A DNA stretch of 64,000 bases from a virus, in IMG/VR virus record IMGVR_UViG_3300034063_001075, positions 1 through 64,000 of that record, one strand, 5' to 3'. Of the stretch, positions 48,026-56,899 are shown one piece after another. Within the stretch, counting starts at the first letter, position 1; each line of letters opens with the position of its first letter. Under the pieces are notes generated by a model, which did not search any database, was not told the origin of the DNA, and saw only the letters and a program-made list of their open reading frames with translations. The translations under genes were made by a program, and so were the position numbers.

Positions 48026-48053
48026 TGAAACTCTGAAAACCTCTGTGGATAAG
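48026..48053 (+). promoter_or_regulatory. Early promoter motif, copy 2 (contains TGTGGATAA)
   Basis: TGAAAC-N14-TGGATAAG with ATG 6 nt downstream. Confidence 0.65.
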
Positions 48054-48059
48054 AACCCG

Positions 48060-48950
48060 ATGAAAACCAGCACCACCTTCGAAACCGATCACACGCTCGT
48101 CCGATTCCCTTCGTTCGCCGACTACGTGGCCGCATCTGAGGCCCCGAACCCGAGTTCCGAAATCGGCAACCATTTCGGCAAGGGCAACGAGTGGGCGGGA
48201 TACGCGACCCTCACCCAAGCCCGAGACCTCATGTCCTCCGGTTGGGAAGAAGGCGCGGCCCGAGTCCGCTCAATCTCCGACCGTGTCAAGCAAGCCATCC
48301 CCGATGCCGTGCTCAGCGCCTTCCGCCCCGAACAGGTTTGGGACGTCACAGGCGAGCAACTCGACGTGGGTCGCTTTCTCGACGGCGAGCCCGAGTGCTT
48401 CATGGACGAGGTGGTCCCCGATCGTTCCGAGCAAATCGACGGCAACGGCATTGTCCGCATCACGATCAACCTGTGGGCCTCTGCTGGAATCTCGCCCGAC
48501 GAACTCCGGACGCGAGGCGTCTTCGTCGCAGCACTGGCGGACGTGCTGGAATCGATCGGCTACCGCGCTCAGATCGACGGCTACGTTGCTAGCGCCACCC
48601 ATCACGACGTCAAAGGCAAGATGCTCAAGCGTCCGCTCGTCATCGCGTTCCCGATCAAACGCCCCGACGAGGCTCTGGAAATCGACCGCCTGTCGTTCGT
48701 GCTAGCTCACGCCGCCTCGCTTCGCCAGATCGGTTTCCATGTCATGGACGTTGTCGGGTCTCGCGCCAAATACTACGGCTCGCCCTGCACCTTGCCCAAA
48801 GTTTACGAGGGCCACGTTCCGGTCAACGCCCTGCACTTCCGTGACCTCACCGACAAGGATACGGCCAAGCAAATCCTCGACCAACTCAAACAGCTTGGGG
48901 TGGACCTCGACACCGACGACCTCTTCGAATCCAACGACGAGTGCTTCTGA
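48060..48950 (+). CDS. VWA-like partner of the AAA+ ATPase
   Basis: GEQLDVGRFLDGEPECF, RITINLWASAG (degenerate MIDAS); adjacent to MoxR. Confidence 0.6.
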   Translation: MKTSTTFETDHTLVRFPSFADYVAASEAPNPSSEIGNHFGKGNEWAGYATLTQARDLMSSGWEEGAARVRSISDRVKQAIPDAVLSAFRPEQVWDVTGEQLDVGRFLDGEPECFMDEVVPDRSEQIDGNGIVRITINLWASAGISPDELRTRGVFVAALADVLESIGYRAQIDGYVASATHHDVKGKMLKRPLVIAFPIKRPDEALEIDRLSFVLAHAASLRQIGFHVMDVVGSRAKYYGSPCTLPKVYEGHVPVNALHFRDLTDKDTAKQILDQLKQLGVDLDTDDLFESNDECF

Positions 48951-48987
48951 GGAATCCGGTGCGGGGTCCGATCCCCCGCGCCCCCGC

Positions 48988-49015
48988 TGATACACGCGCA
49001 ACCCCTGTGGATAAG
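48988..49015 (+). promoter_or_regulatory. Early promoter motif, copy 3
   Basis: TGATAC-N14-TGGATAAG. Confidence 0.65.
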
Positions 49016-49024
49016 ACTGAGACC

Positions 49025-49117
49025 ATGAACATATTCATCCCCATGCTTTTCTTCGTGATCATTCCCGCCGCTGGAGCGATCGCCATTCTCATCGCCGACC
49101 ATTACCGCAACGACTAA
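49025..49117 (+). CDS. 30-aa single-TM peptide (not in ORF track)
   Basis: MNIFIPMLFFVIIPAAGAIAILIADHYRND directly after promoter copy 3. Confidence 0.5.
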   Translation: MNIFIPMLFFVIIPAAGAIAILIADHYRND

Positions 49118-49121
49118 CAAC

Positions 49122-49379
49122 ATGACCGCCGAACCCACACTTCAAATCCGTCACGACCACCCCTCGCTTCGCCCGACCTTGGAAGAGGCTCAGCAATATG
49201 TCGGGGGGCTCGTCGAAATAGCTCCGGTCTACAACTCCGAATACCGTGACGCACAGCTTCTGGTCAACGAGGAGGGCCTCGTCCACGACCTACCACCCAA
49301 CGTCCTCGCTAGCATCTTCGCAGGTTACGAGATTCGCGGCAACGCCATGATCCTCTTGGGCGCGGCCAGATGGGATTGA
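49122..49379 (+). CDS. DUF3846-like protein
   Basis: TLEEAQQYVGGLVE, LVNEEGL, IRGNA. Confidence 0.7.
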   Translation: MTAEPTLQIRHDHPSLRPTLEEAQQYVGGLVEIAPVYNSEYRDAQLLVNEEGLVHDLPPNVLASIFAGYEIRGNAMILLGAARWD

Positions 49380-49425
49380 CCATGAACTCTTTCACCCGCT
49401 TCGAATCTCTGACCAGCACTGTGCG

Positions 49426-49453
49426 TGATATCTTCGAAACCCCTGTGGATAAG
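49426..49453 (+). promoter_or_regulatory. Early promoter motif, copy 4
   Basis: TGATAT-N14-TGGATAAG with ATG 6 nt downstream. Confidence 0.65.
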
Positions 49454-49459
49454 ACTACG

Positions 49460-49759
49460 ATGAAAAACCAATTCAGCCGCAAACATTACGAGGCGATCGC
49501 CTCCGCTCTCGCCAACCGCATCGCCCTTGAGGGCGCTCAGTCACCCGCCGCTGGCGGCATTCGCCTCGCCGCTCTCGACCTGTCCTACGTCTTCGCCGCC
49601 GATAATCCGCGCTTTGACCGTGGCCGATTCCTGTCCTCCGCTGGCGCAATCGACACGACCTTCCGACCGTTTCGCCGCCCCGAGCCCGACAACGGCCAGC
49701 GCACCCCCCGCTTCAGTGCGCTTCAGCCTTCCGGATCGCCCTTCGCTCGTTCTTATTGA
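49460..49759 (+). CDS. Hypothetical early protein
   Basis: SRKHYEAIA...ADNPRFDRGRF. Confidence 0.65.
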   Translation: MKNQFSRKHYEAIASALANRIALEGAQSPAAGGIRLAALDLSYVFAADNPRFDRGRFLSSAGAIDTTFRPFRRPEPDNGQRTPRFSALQPSGSPFARSY

Positions 49760-50023
49760 CCGACTGCCATCAACCCGCATATACCAATCATCACCTTGCC
49801 ATCTATGAATCTCGATCTTCTCCAGTCCGTGCTTGAGGCGTTCGTTTTCCTCACCGTGCTCATCGCTACTGCGATTGCGCTATGGCCCGAACCCGCCGTC
49901 GAACCCGAACCCGAGCATGATAGTCCGTTCGACGACTTCGATACTCAGCCTCAGTGCGAGGAGTTTTACGCCGACTAGTAAGCAACCTTCCATACACCAA
50001 CACCAACCAACACACCAACAACC

Positions 50024-50227
50024 ATGCCCGAAACCATCGAACCCAACGCCGTCCTTCCTACGATTGACGGACCACTCAAGCTGAGCCAGCAACACGTGGC
50101 GTTCCTCGCCGTGCTAGCTGCTCTCAGCGGCGACCCGAGCGAGGCTTTGCAATTTGCACAGACCGAGCCCGACTACTTCATTTCACAGTCCAACGACTGG
50201 GCGGCGGAACAGGAGGTGTCGCTTTGA
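50024..50227 (+). CDS. Hypothetical early protein
   Basis: Follows a C/A-rich leader. Confidence 0.55.
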   Translation: MPETIEPNAVLPTIDGPLKLSQQHVAFLAVLAALSGDPSEALQFAQTEPDYFISQSNDWAAEQEVSL

Positions 50228-50544
50228 GAAACGGACCCTTCACTCTTGACGAGGTCTTCGACCGGATCGCCGAAATCCTCGACCTCCCCGAGGAAACGAA
50301 CGACCTCTTCAATGCGTTTCTAGACGAGGCTCCCTGCGGCGAGGAAGAGGACGAGAGTCCACTTCTTGATATCCTCCCGAACGCAGAGCAAGTCGAGGAC
50401 GGCTTCGTCTATCGCGTCTCAGTCAATGAATCGGAAAGCGGCAACACGCTAGCAAGCGCCGTCTTCCAAACAGAGGAGCAGGGCCAGCAAGCCATCGACC
50501 TTCTCCTTCTTCTCCAAGAACTCAACGAACACGGACTGCACTAA
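50224..50544 (+). CDS. Acidic hypothetical protein
   Basis: 106 aa, very D/E-rich. Confidence 0.5.
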   Translation: MRNGPFTLDEVFDRIAEILDLPEETNDLFNAFLDEAPCGEEEDESPLLDILPNAEQVEDGFVYRVSVNESESGNTLASAVFQTEEQGQQAIDLLLLLQELNEHGLH

Positions 50545-50548
50545 ACTT

Positions 50549-50926
50549 ATGATACCACTGCACAACACAGTAATGGGCCAGCGATTGATTGAGGGCACGT
50601 TGCCCGACATCGCTCGCGAACTGAAAGCGCTCAACGTGAACATGAATCGGATTGCAGAAGCGTTCGAAAAGAAAGAGGTCTTTTCTTCTTCGTCCTCTTC
50701 TAGCTCTTCGGTGACTACCGTGGCGACCTGTCCGCCACCTCCGGTTTGTCCGGTTCCGGAAGGGACCTGTCCGGTCTGCGTAGTTGAAGCGCTTGTCGAA
50801 CACTTCGAAAGCATACATGGCGAGGGCGCTTGCGATTGTCGCCCCGAACCCGAGAACGAGGGATACACCTGCCCGATCTGTATCGCTCGCCTGTTTATTG
50901 ACGAGAACGATGGGAGGGAACACTGA
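50549..50926 (+). CDS. Hypothetical protein with Cys motifs
   Basis: MGQRLIEGTLPDIAREL; CPVC, CDC, CPIC. Confidence 0.55.
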   Translation: MIPLHNTVMGQRLIEGTLPDIARELKALNVNMNRIAEAFEKKEVFSSSSSSSSSVTTVATCPPPPVCPVPEGTCPVCVVEALVEHFESIHGEGACDCRPEPENEGYTCPICIARLFIDENDGREH

Positions 50927-51123
50927 TGGAACCCAAAGAAGTCACAGAGCTAGAACGTGCGCGTCAGATGAATCACCGCCACATCAACCTCACGTTCCGC
51001 ACCGAGATTACCACCGACGACATACCGGACGCCGCGCTGTTGGGATACCTCAAGAAGCGTTCGCTGTCCGAACTGTCGCAACGCCGCACCGAGATCATCG
51101 ACGACGAAGGGAGGGGACAATGA
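50926..51123 (+). CDS. Hypothetical protein
   Basis: Coupled stop/start junctions. Confidence 0.5.
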   Translation: MEPKEVTELERARQMNHRHINLTFRTEITTDDIPDAALLGYLKKRSLSELSQRRTEIIDDEGRGQ

Positions 51124-51392
51124 TGCTAGCAGACTTTGACCCCAAACCTTTCGTGGGGTGGGCGCGGAACATGGCATCCATCCTCAAGGACGGCGGCACG
51201 TGGGCTGTGCCTATGAACCAAACAGCGTATCGCTTCGACCACAAAGCCAAGCAACTTGTCTTGGTCTATGGTCCGGAGGACGAGTTGTTTGAAAAGACCC
51301 GCTCTGTCTTTTCCGAAATTGGCTACACCGTCATCGCCGATCCCGACCGTCCTTTGGGCGGCGAGTGTCCTGCGACCATCTTCTCCATCTGA
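51120..51392 (+). CDS. Hypothetical protein
   Basis: ATGA overlap; LKDGGTWAVP. Confidence 0.55.
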   Translation: MMLADFDPKPFVGWARNMASILKDGGTWAVPMNQTAYRFDHKAKQLVLVYGPEDELFEKTRSVFSEIGYTVIADPDRPLGGECPATIFSI

Positions 51393-51397
51393 CCACC

Positions 51398-51802
51398 ATG
51401 CACCTCTCCGAGTTACCCGACCAGACCACCCCGCTTTGCCTCTTGTATCACAACGGCACGGTCAACATGGTCAATGACCGAGAGGACACGATGGAGATTT
51501 CTCCGGTCCAGACCCTAGCTGTGGCCCAACTTATGGACCGCGATAACCTTTGGGAAAGTTTCCGAGCGAACGACAGCTTCATGCAGTTGTTCCGCTTTGT
51601 CTTTCCGGAGGAACATATCGCCCCCGAACGCAAAGCTAGCACCGGAGTGCGGCACGTGTCGGGCATGATAGTCCTGTTGGCCGCAGCTAGGCGGGATCGG
51701 CTCCGCGCTTTTCTCCGTTTCCCCGAATCCTATTTACACCCCAAGGCACAGTTAGGACTGGCCGACATGATGATAAGCCTGTCGAAACCAAGCTGTTGCT
51801 GA
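51398..51802 (+). CDS. Hypothetical protein
   Basis: ATG shortly after the previous stop. Confidence 0.45.
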   Translation: MHLSELPDQTTPLCLLYHNGTVNMVNDREDTMEISPVQTLAVAQLMDRDNLWESFRANDSFMQLFRFVFPEEHIAPERKASTGVRHVSGMIVLLAAARRDRLRAFLRFPESYLHPKAQLGLADMMISLSKPSCC

Positions 51803-51826
51803 TTTCTAAAACTCCCTGTGGATAAG
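51800..51826 (+). promoter_or_regulatory. Early promoter motif, copy 5
   Basis: TGATTT-N13-TGGATAAG with ATG 6 nt downstream. Confidence 0.6.
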
Positions 51827-51832
51827 ACTACG

Positions 51833-52051
51833 ATGAACGCTGAATTTACACCCACCGCTTGCGATAAGGAGAGTTATTACATCACCGTGGGCGACTACGT
51901 TGCCCACAACCGGAAGCTTTATCGCGTTGTCCGCATATTCGAAGACCCGAGTATCGAACCTCCCGCTGGTAATACCTTTCTAGAACTTATCAGCATCAAA
52001 AACCTTTCTATCTTGGTCGTCCGTGACAACACCGTCGAAGTGCTGGAATGA
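51833..52051 (+). CDS. Small SH3-like beta protein
   Basis: ITVGDYV...YRVVRI; starts directly after the promoter motif. Confidence 0.5.
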   Translation: MNAEFTPTACDKESYYITVGDYVAHNRKLYRVVRIFEDPSIEPPAGNTFLELISIKNLSILVVRDNTVEVLE

Positions 52052-52439
52052 CATGAAGCGCCACTACCTTGTTCACACTCGCGGCCACTCCTATGCGTTC
52101 ACCGCAGAAGAAGGCAAAGAGCTACAGCTTCCCCCTCGTTTGCGGAAGCGGGTCGCCGCTCACCTCAAAATTCACGATATGCTTTTGGATGAATCGGTAA
52201 CGATTTTCCAAGGCAGCACCGGAATCGTTCTTCAACGAGTCCGCCCCGATTGGAGTCACGCTTATGAAAATTAAAATCAACACAACCGTTGACGTCGATC
52301 CGGTGAAGTGGGTTTTGAACCGCTACGGAACGACCGTGAAGTCCGACCGCAATGTCCAGTGCCGGAAGCTAGCAGAGGAGATTCGTGAAGGCTGCTTGCG
52401 AGCCATCGATGAATATTTAGAGCAATACGACCCAAGCAA

Positions 52440-52694
52440 ATGAAAACTCAACTCACCCAAGAAGAGGTATCCACCCTCCAAACGGAACACCAAGAAATGT
52501 TCGTCGCGTTGCTAGAAGCTGTGTCGGCTCTCGACCGGATCGATGAGTTGCTGTTGGAACAAACCAACAGCCCCCGCGAATGCGCCCTTGGCGAAGTGAG
52601 TCGTGGCCTCGCTGTGATTTGCCGCGTAGCCGCTCGTCACCGCGACTCCGTTTACCGCCACACCATAAGTCGTTTGGAATCAAGGGGTTCGTGA
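52440..52694 (+). CDS. Hypothetical protein
   Basis: ATGA overlap with a small upstream ORF (52264-52443). Confidence 0.5.
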   Translation: MKTQLTQEEVSTLQTEHQEMFVALLEAVSALDRIDELLLEQTNSPRECALGEVSRGLAVICRVAARHRDSVYRHTISRLESRGS

Positions 52695-52719
52695 TACTTT
52701 GATTTGCCCTGTGGATAAG
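52692..52719 (+). promoter_or_regulatory. Early promoter motif, copy 6
   Basis: TGATAC-N14-TGGATAAG. Confidence 0.65.
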
Positions 52720-52761
52720 TAACTGTCAGCACACCAACCATCAACCAACACATCAACAACC

Positions 52762-53106
52762 ATGCCTAAAAAATCCGCCTCCGAAATCGCCGCTGAGAAT
52801 CTTGAGAAAGACCTCACGTCGAAATACCCGACTCCGAAGATCGTTGCCGAGTTGATCGAAAAGGAATTCATCGCGGCCCCTTCGTTGTCCCGCATCGTGA
52901 CGCAGTTGGCTTATTACGCCTTCCGCGACACGTCTGACAAGGAACGCACCGTGAAAGCGTTCAGTGACCTCATTCACTTCTGTGAAATGGCTGAGGATCA
53001 AGTCAAAGAGGGTCTCACAGCCATCGGCATTCTCAATGGCTTGGCCGAAGACTTGGTTGACACGGCAACAAAGCGGGAGGCCAACCCCTTTGCGGGGGTG
53101 AACTGA
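52762..53106 (+). CDS. Hypothetical early protein
   Basis: C/A-rich leader; 114 aa helical. Confidence 0.6.
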   Translation: MPKKSASEIAAENLEKDLTSKYPTPKIVAELIEKEFIAAPSLSRIVTQLAYYAFRDTSDKERTVKAFSDLIHFCEMAEDQVKEGLTAIGILNGLAEDLVDTATKREANPFAGVN

Positions 53107-53210
53107 TCCCGCTGCGGCGGAGTCGTCCGGTGGTTTTATGTCCCACTGGTTCTCCACGACTCCGCCGCCCAACTTTCAAAATCCAACTAACCACTAACTA
53201 ACCTAGCACC

Positions 53211-53456
53211 ATGCCACTAACTAAAACTGAACTGACAAAACGCCGCCTTGAATTCTACCGAGGATACGAAGCGGATCGTGAAGAAGAAGTCGCCACGCTC
53301 AAACGTGGGCAAGACGAACTGATTAACCTCATTCGCGCTCTTGTCCTCGTTTCCCGCCGCGACGAAACGATCAACAACATCATTAAAGAACGCGAGTCGT
53401 TTGTGGATCACTCTTACGACTCCGAATGTGAGGAATACGAAAAGAAGAACAACTAA
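53211..53456 (+). CDS. Hypothetical coiled-coil protein
   Basis: Leader ACTAACTAACCTAGCACC-ATG shared with the next gene. Confidence 0.6.
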   Translation: MPLTKTELTKRRLEFYRGYEADREEEVATLKRGQDELINLIRALVLVSRRDETINNIIKERESFVDHSYDSECEEYEKKNN

Positions 53457-53473
53457 CTAACTAACCTAGCACC

Positions 53474-54613
53474 ATGTCAACTACCGAACACAGCCACGCA
53501 ATCGTGGAATCCAGCACACCCTCGACCGCCAGCATCGATCTTTCGACGCTAACCGTTGCGGGTCTCCGCAAGCTCGCTTCTAATCGCGGGATTGGAACGG
53601 GTGGGTGGCGGGTCTCCGCGACTCGCGACCAACTCATCAACGCGATCACCCTTGGTCACGTCCCGACCCCCACGCCCGTTGCTCCGGCTCCGGCCTCCGT
53701 TGCTCCTGCTCCTGCTCCGGTCGCCCCGAGCGCTAGCACCGTGGTCTCACCTGCGATCCAACCGTCCCGACCCGCACCCGTGCTGGTTTATCCGGACGTC
53801 GATCCTAGCTTCGTCGTTTCCAAGGAGGTTGCCGAACTCGTCGATGTCGTTCTGCAAATCCCCAACGGCAAGATTCGCAACGTCCTTGTCACCGGACCTG
53901 CGGGTTGCGGCAAGACTGAGCTAGCACGTTTCTCTGCGGCTACGGGCAAAGCTCCGTTCTTTGAGTTTTCCATGCCGCTGTATCGTGAACCTCTCGACCT
54001 CTTCGGCGAGAAGTGCGTAGCGGACGGCAAGACGTTCTTCCTGCCTAGCTTGTTCATCCAAGCTTTGGAAACACCTCACGCTGTTATCCTCCTCGACGAG
54101 GTTAACCGTGTTGCTCCGCTCCTCGCCAACGGTCTGCTTCCGTTGCTCGACCACCGCAAGGAGGTTTATGTGGAAGGCCTTAACCGGATCGTCCGTGTTG
54201 CCGAGAACGTCACGTTCTTCGCCACGGCGAACATCGGCGTCGAATACACCGGAACATTCCGCCTCGACTCCGCTCTGGCCTCGCGCTTCCCGTATCGCAT
54301 TGAGGTGACCTACCTCGACCGCGAGTCCGAATCCAAGTTGCTTGCCGAGCGTTGCGGGATTACCCCCGAGGATGCTCAGATGCTAGCAACCGTGGCCGAG
54401 ACGATCCGCGCCAAATCCGCCGACTTCGGTGGAACCCTGTCGCACTCAGTCTCGACCCGCGAACTCATCGGCGCGGGGTGGCTGGTCGCTGGCGGTCTGC
54501 CTACGGGCAAGGCCCTCACGCACACCATTGTCCCCACCTTCGATCCCGAGGGTGCGGAGTCTTCGGAACGGGCACAAGTCCTTCAAACTGTTCAGCTTGT
54601 CTGTGGTCTCTGA
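53474..54613 (+). CDS. MoxR-type AAA+ ATPase (CbbQ/NirQ/NorQ-like) with N-terminal HEH/SAP-like domain
   Basis: GPAGCGKT, LLDEVNR, LDSALASRF, STRELI; N-terminal LSTLTVAGLRKLA..GTGGWR..ATRDQLINAI. Confidence 0.85.
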   Translation: MSTTEHSHAIVESSTPSTASIDLSTLTVAGLRKLASNRGIGTGGWRVSATRDQLINAITLGHVPTPTPVAPAPASVAPAPAPVAPSASTVVSPAIQPSRPAPVLVYPDVDPSFVVSKEVAELVDVVLQIPNGKIRNVLVTGPAGCGKTELARFSAATGKAPFFEFSMPLYREPLDLFGEKCVADGKTFFLPSLFIQALETPHAVILLDEVNRVAPLLANGLLPLLDHRKEVYVEGLNRIVRVAENVTFFATANIGVEYTGTFRLDSALASRFPYRIEVTYLDRESESKLLAERCGITPEDAQMLATVAETIRAKSADFGGTLSHSVSTRELIGAGWLVAGGLPTGKALTHTIVPTFDPEGAESSERAQVLQTVQLVCGL

Positions 54614-54638
54614 TACCAGATAGCAACCTGTGGATAAG
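54611..54638 (+). promoter_or_regulatory. Early promoter motif, copy 7
   Basis: TGATAC-N14-TGGATAAG. Confidence 0.65.
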
Positions 54639-54737
54639 TAACTGAACAGAACTTTCCATCCACCCCTCGCCGGAAGGGGTAAAGCTCCCAACAGAGCATC
54701 CGGCCAACTTTCCAAAAACACCAACCAACAACTGACC

Positions 54738-56849
54738 ATGTCTCAATATTCATCATTCGCCGATTACCACCGTCAACGTGCGGCTAGCTCCGGTGCAGCT
54801 ATGAAGCGCCGTGCCTCTACTTGGTTCTACGAAGAGAAGACTGAGGACCGTAGCGACCGTAGCTGGAAGAACTACGAAGATGACGAACTCTTCGATGCCG
54901 AGGCCTACGATGGTTCCAAGTATTCAGCCTCCGCTTCCCTTGGCCGCTATTGGGGTAGCTACTCCTCCTACGGGGACTCCGATAAAAAGAAATCCAAGAA
55001 GCAGGAGAACTCCGAAAAGCTAGCTCGCTCACTCAAAGCTGTGGCGCGGTCATGCAATGCGATTCGGTCTACCGTTGGGCGCGGCAAAGACCTTTCCCTC
55101 AAGGTGAAATGGAGCAGTGGCTTTGACGGTAACAACGTCCGTCAGAATGACGTGATAGTGCTTTCGCCCGATACGATCTTACAGACCAAGGTCAAAGAGA
55201 ACTGGGACGAAGGCAAACGCTCTGACGCTCTCGTTGGTGACGCACTTACCGCCGCCGCTCAGAAACGCACGATCACTCCCTCTGTTGTGGCGGAAGCTGT
55301 ATTGGCCTCCCAAACCGACCCCGATGCCGAGACTGCCCGACTACTGTGGTCCGCTGTCGAGACGGACGTTGCCCAATCCGCCCTGCTTAACGACTACCGT
55401 GGCGCGGCTGTTTACTTTGCTGCTAGCAACGCGTTCCACTCTTCCGACGAATACCGGACAGTCGTGGAAAACTCTTTCACGGACGGTCAAACCCGCAAGT
55501 CTGATGCCGCTACCGTGGCGCTGGCTTGGAACATCCTCCACCAGAAAAAGCTAGAGCTTCCGGAGGACGTTAGAGAACTCACTGCTACTGCGATGCGTGA
55601 ATTCGCAAAAGCCAAGACGTGTCGCGATCGTTGGAACGCTTCTCTTCGCGCCGTCAAACTTCTCCGCTCGCTTGATCCCGAGCAACCTCCGCAGGAGAAC
55701 CCGCCCTCCCCACCCGAGGAAGAAAGCGCAAACCAAAACCCCAACGGGGAGGGCGGGGATGCGGAGCAGGATGCTTCCGAGGAAACTAGCGTAGTTAAAA
55801 ATGGCGCTGGGCAGATTGGTATGTCCGATCTCCTTGGCGACCTCGTTGAGAACACAACAGGTCCGGTTCAATCGAACACCCAAGACGTGGAAGAGATTGC
55901 CGAGGAAGACGAGTCGTCCCTCAACTCCCGAAACACCATCGACGATGAGTCTAGGCACACCCGTTTGCACGACCACCAACAACTAAACGGTTGCCGCTCT
56001 GCGGTTGTGGCCCCCGCAACCAAGGCCCTGCTAGCAGGTTACAACGGGTTGGTTCGCCGCCTTTCCGGCTTGGCCGATTTGTTCTCTACCGTCAACACAG
56101 TCGAATCCTACGGTCGCCGTTCCGGTGTGCTTGACGATGCCAAGCTGTGGTCCGTTCCGTCCGGTGAAACAAACGTCTTCATCCGCCGAGACGAGACAGG
56201 CGAAAAACGGGAGGTTTCAATCGCTGTGCTTGTCGATCTTTCCGGTTCGACCGGATGCCAGATAGACACGTCTTTCGGCGGTTTCGCCGACTTTAGAGAA
56301 AGTGTATCGTTCGAAGAGCGTGTAAAGCGCCTTAACAAAACGGATGAGGACTATCCGCAACACGTTCCGATTTCCGTTCATCTTAAACGGGCGGCGTCCA
56401 TCTTAACTGAGGCTCTCCGTGCTTCTGATACCAACACTGGCGTCCGCATTCAAACTTACGGACATTATTGTGGGCACGTCGAGTATTACGGCCAGACCGC
56501 CAACTTGGTTCAAGGCGACAACGGTGGCGGGACCGACGAAGCAGGTGCGCTAGCACGGACTGTCAAACACTTTACCGAAAGCGACACTCGCGATTGCCGT
56601 AAGATCGTAATCTGCATTGGGGATGGTGAGACTGATTCAGCACACCTCCGCAAGATCGTTGATGCGTCTGCCAAGCTAGGCGTCGAAGTCTATTCCATTC
56701 TTGTAGCGCATCACGAAGGGCGCATCAAACAGCACGGCGAAGTTGCCTTCGGCAAGGGCCGCTTCTGCGGTCTGTCGATTGATACCGCGAAAAACCTTCC
56801 GACTGTCCTCACTTCGTTCGTCACCCGCATCCTTTCGAAAGCCCGTTAA
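54738..56849 (+). CDS. VWA-domain protein (CobT/NorD-like partner)
   Basis: Acidic linker, RSGVLD, MIDAS VDLSGS, GGGT, IGDGE. Confidence 0.8.
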   Translation: MSQYSSFADYHRQRAASSGAAMKRRASTWFYEEKTEDRSDRSWKNYEDDELFDAEAYDGSKYSASASLGRYWGSYSSYGDSDKKKSKKQENSEKLARSLKAVARSCNAIRSTVGRGKDLSLKVKWSSGFDGNNVRQNDVIVLSPDTILQTKVKENWDEGKRSDALVGDALTAAAQKRTITPSVVAEAVLASQTDPDAETARLLWSAVETDVAQSALLNDYRGAAVYFAASNAFHSSDEYRTVVENSFTDGQTRKSDAATVALAWNILHQKKLELPEDVRELTATAMREFAKAKTCRDRWNASLRAVKLLRSLDPEQPPQENPPSPPEEESANQNPNGEGGDAEQDASEETSVVKNGAGQIGMSDLLGDLVENTTGPVQSNTQDVEEIAEEDESSLNSRNTIDDESRHTRLHDHQQLNGCRSAVVAPATKALLAGYNGLVRRLSGLADLFSTVNTVESYGRRSGVLDDAKLWSVPSGETNVFIRRDETGEKREVSIAVLVDLSGSTGCQIDTSFGGFADFRESVSFEERVKRLNKTDEDYPQHVPISVHLKRAASILTEALRASDTNTGVRIQTYGHYCGHVEYYGQTANLVQGDNGGGTDEAGALARTVKHFTESDTRDCRKIVICIGDGETDSAHLRKIVDASAKLGVEVYSILVAHHEGRIKQHGEVAFGKGRFCGLSIDTAKNLPTVLTSFVTRILSKAR

Positions 56850-56865
56850 CCACTAACCAAGAATC

Positions 56866-56893
56866 CGATACCAACAAATCGTCCGTGGATAAG
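56866..56893 (+). promoter_or_regulatory. Early promoter motif, copy 8
   Basis: CGATAC-N14-TGGATAAG with ATG 6 nt downstream. Confidence 0.6.
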
Positions 56894-56899
56894 TATTGT

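Noticed and set aside
46654-48059. Upstream-extended starts in the ORF track (46654 and 47982 on +, 47243 on -)
   Set aside because: The promoter motifs and the divergent gene layout support starts at 46888, 48060 and 46805
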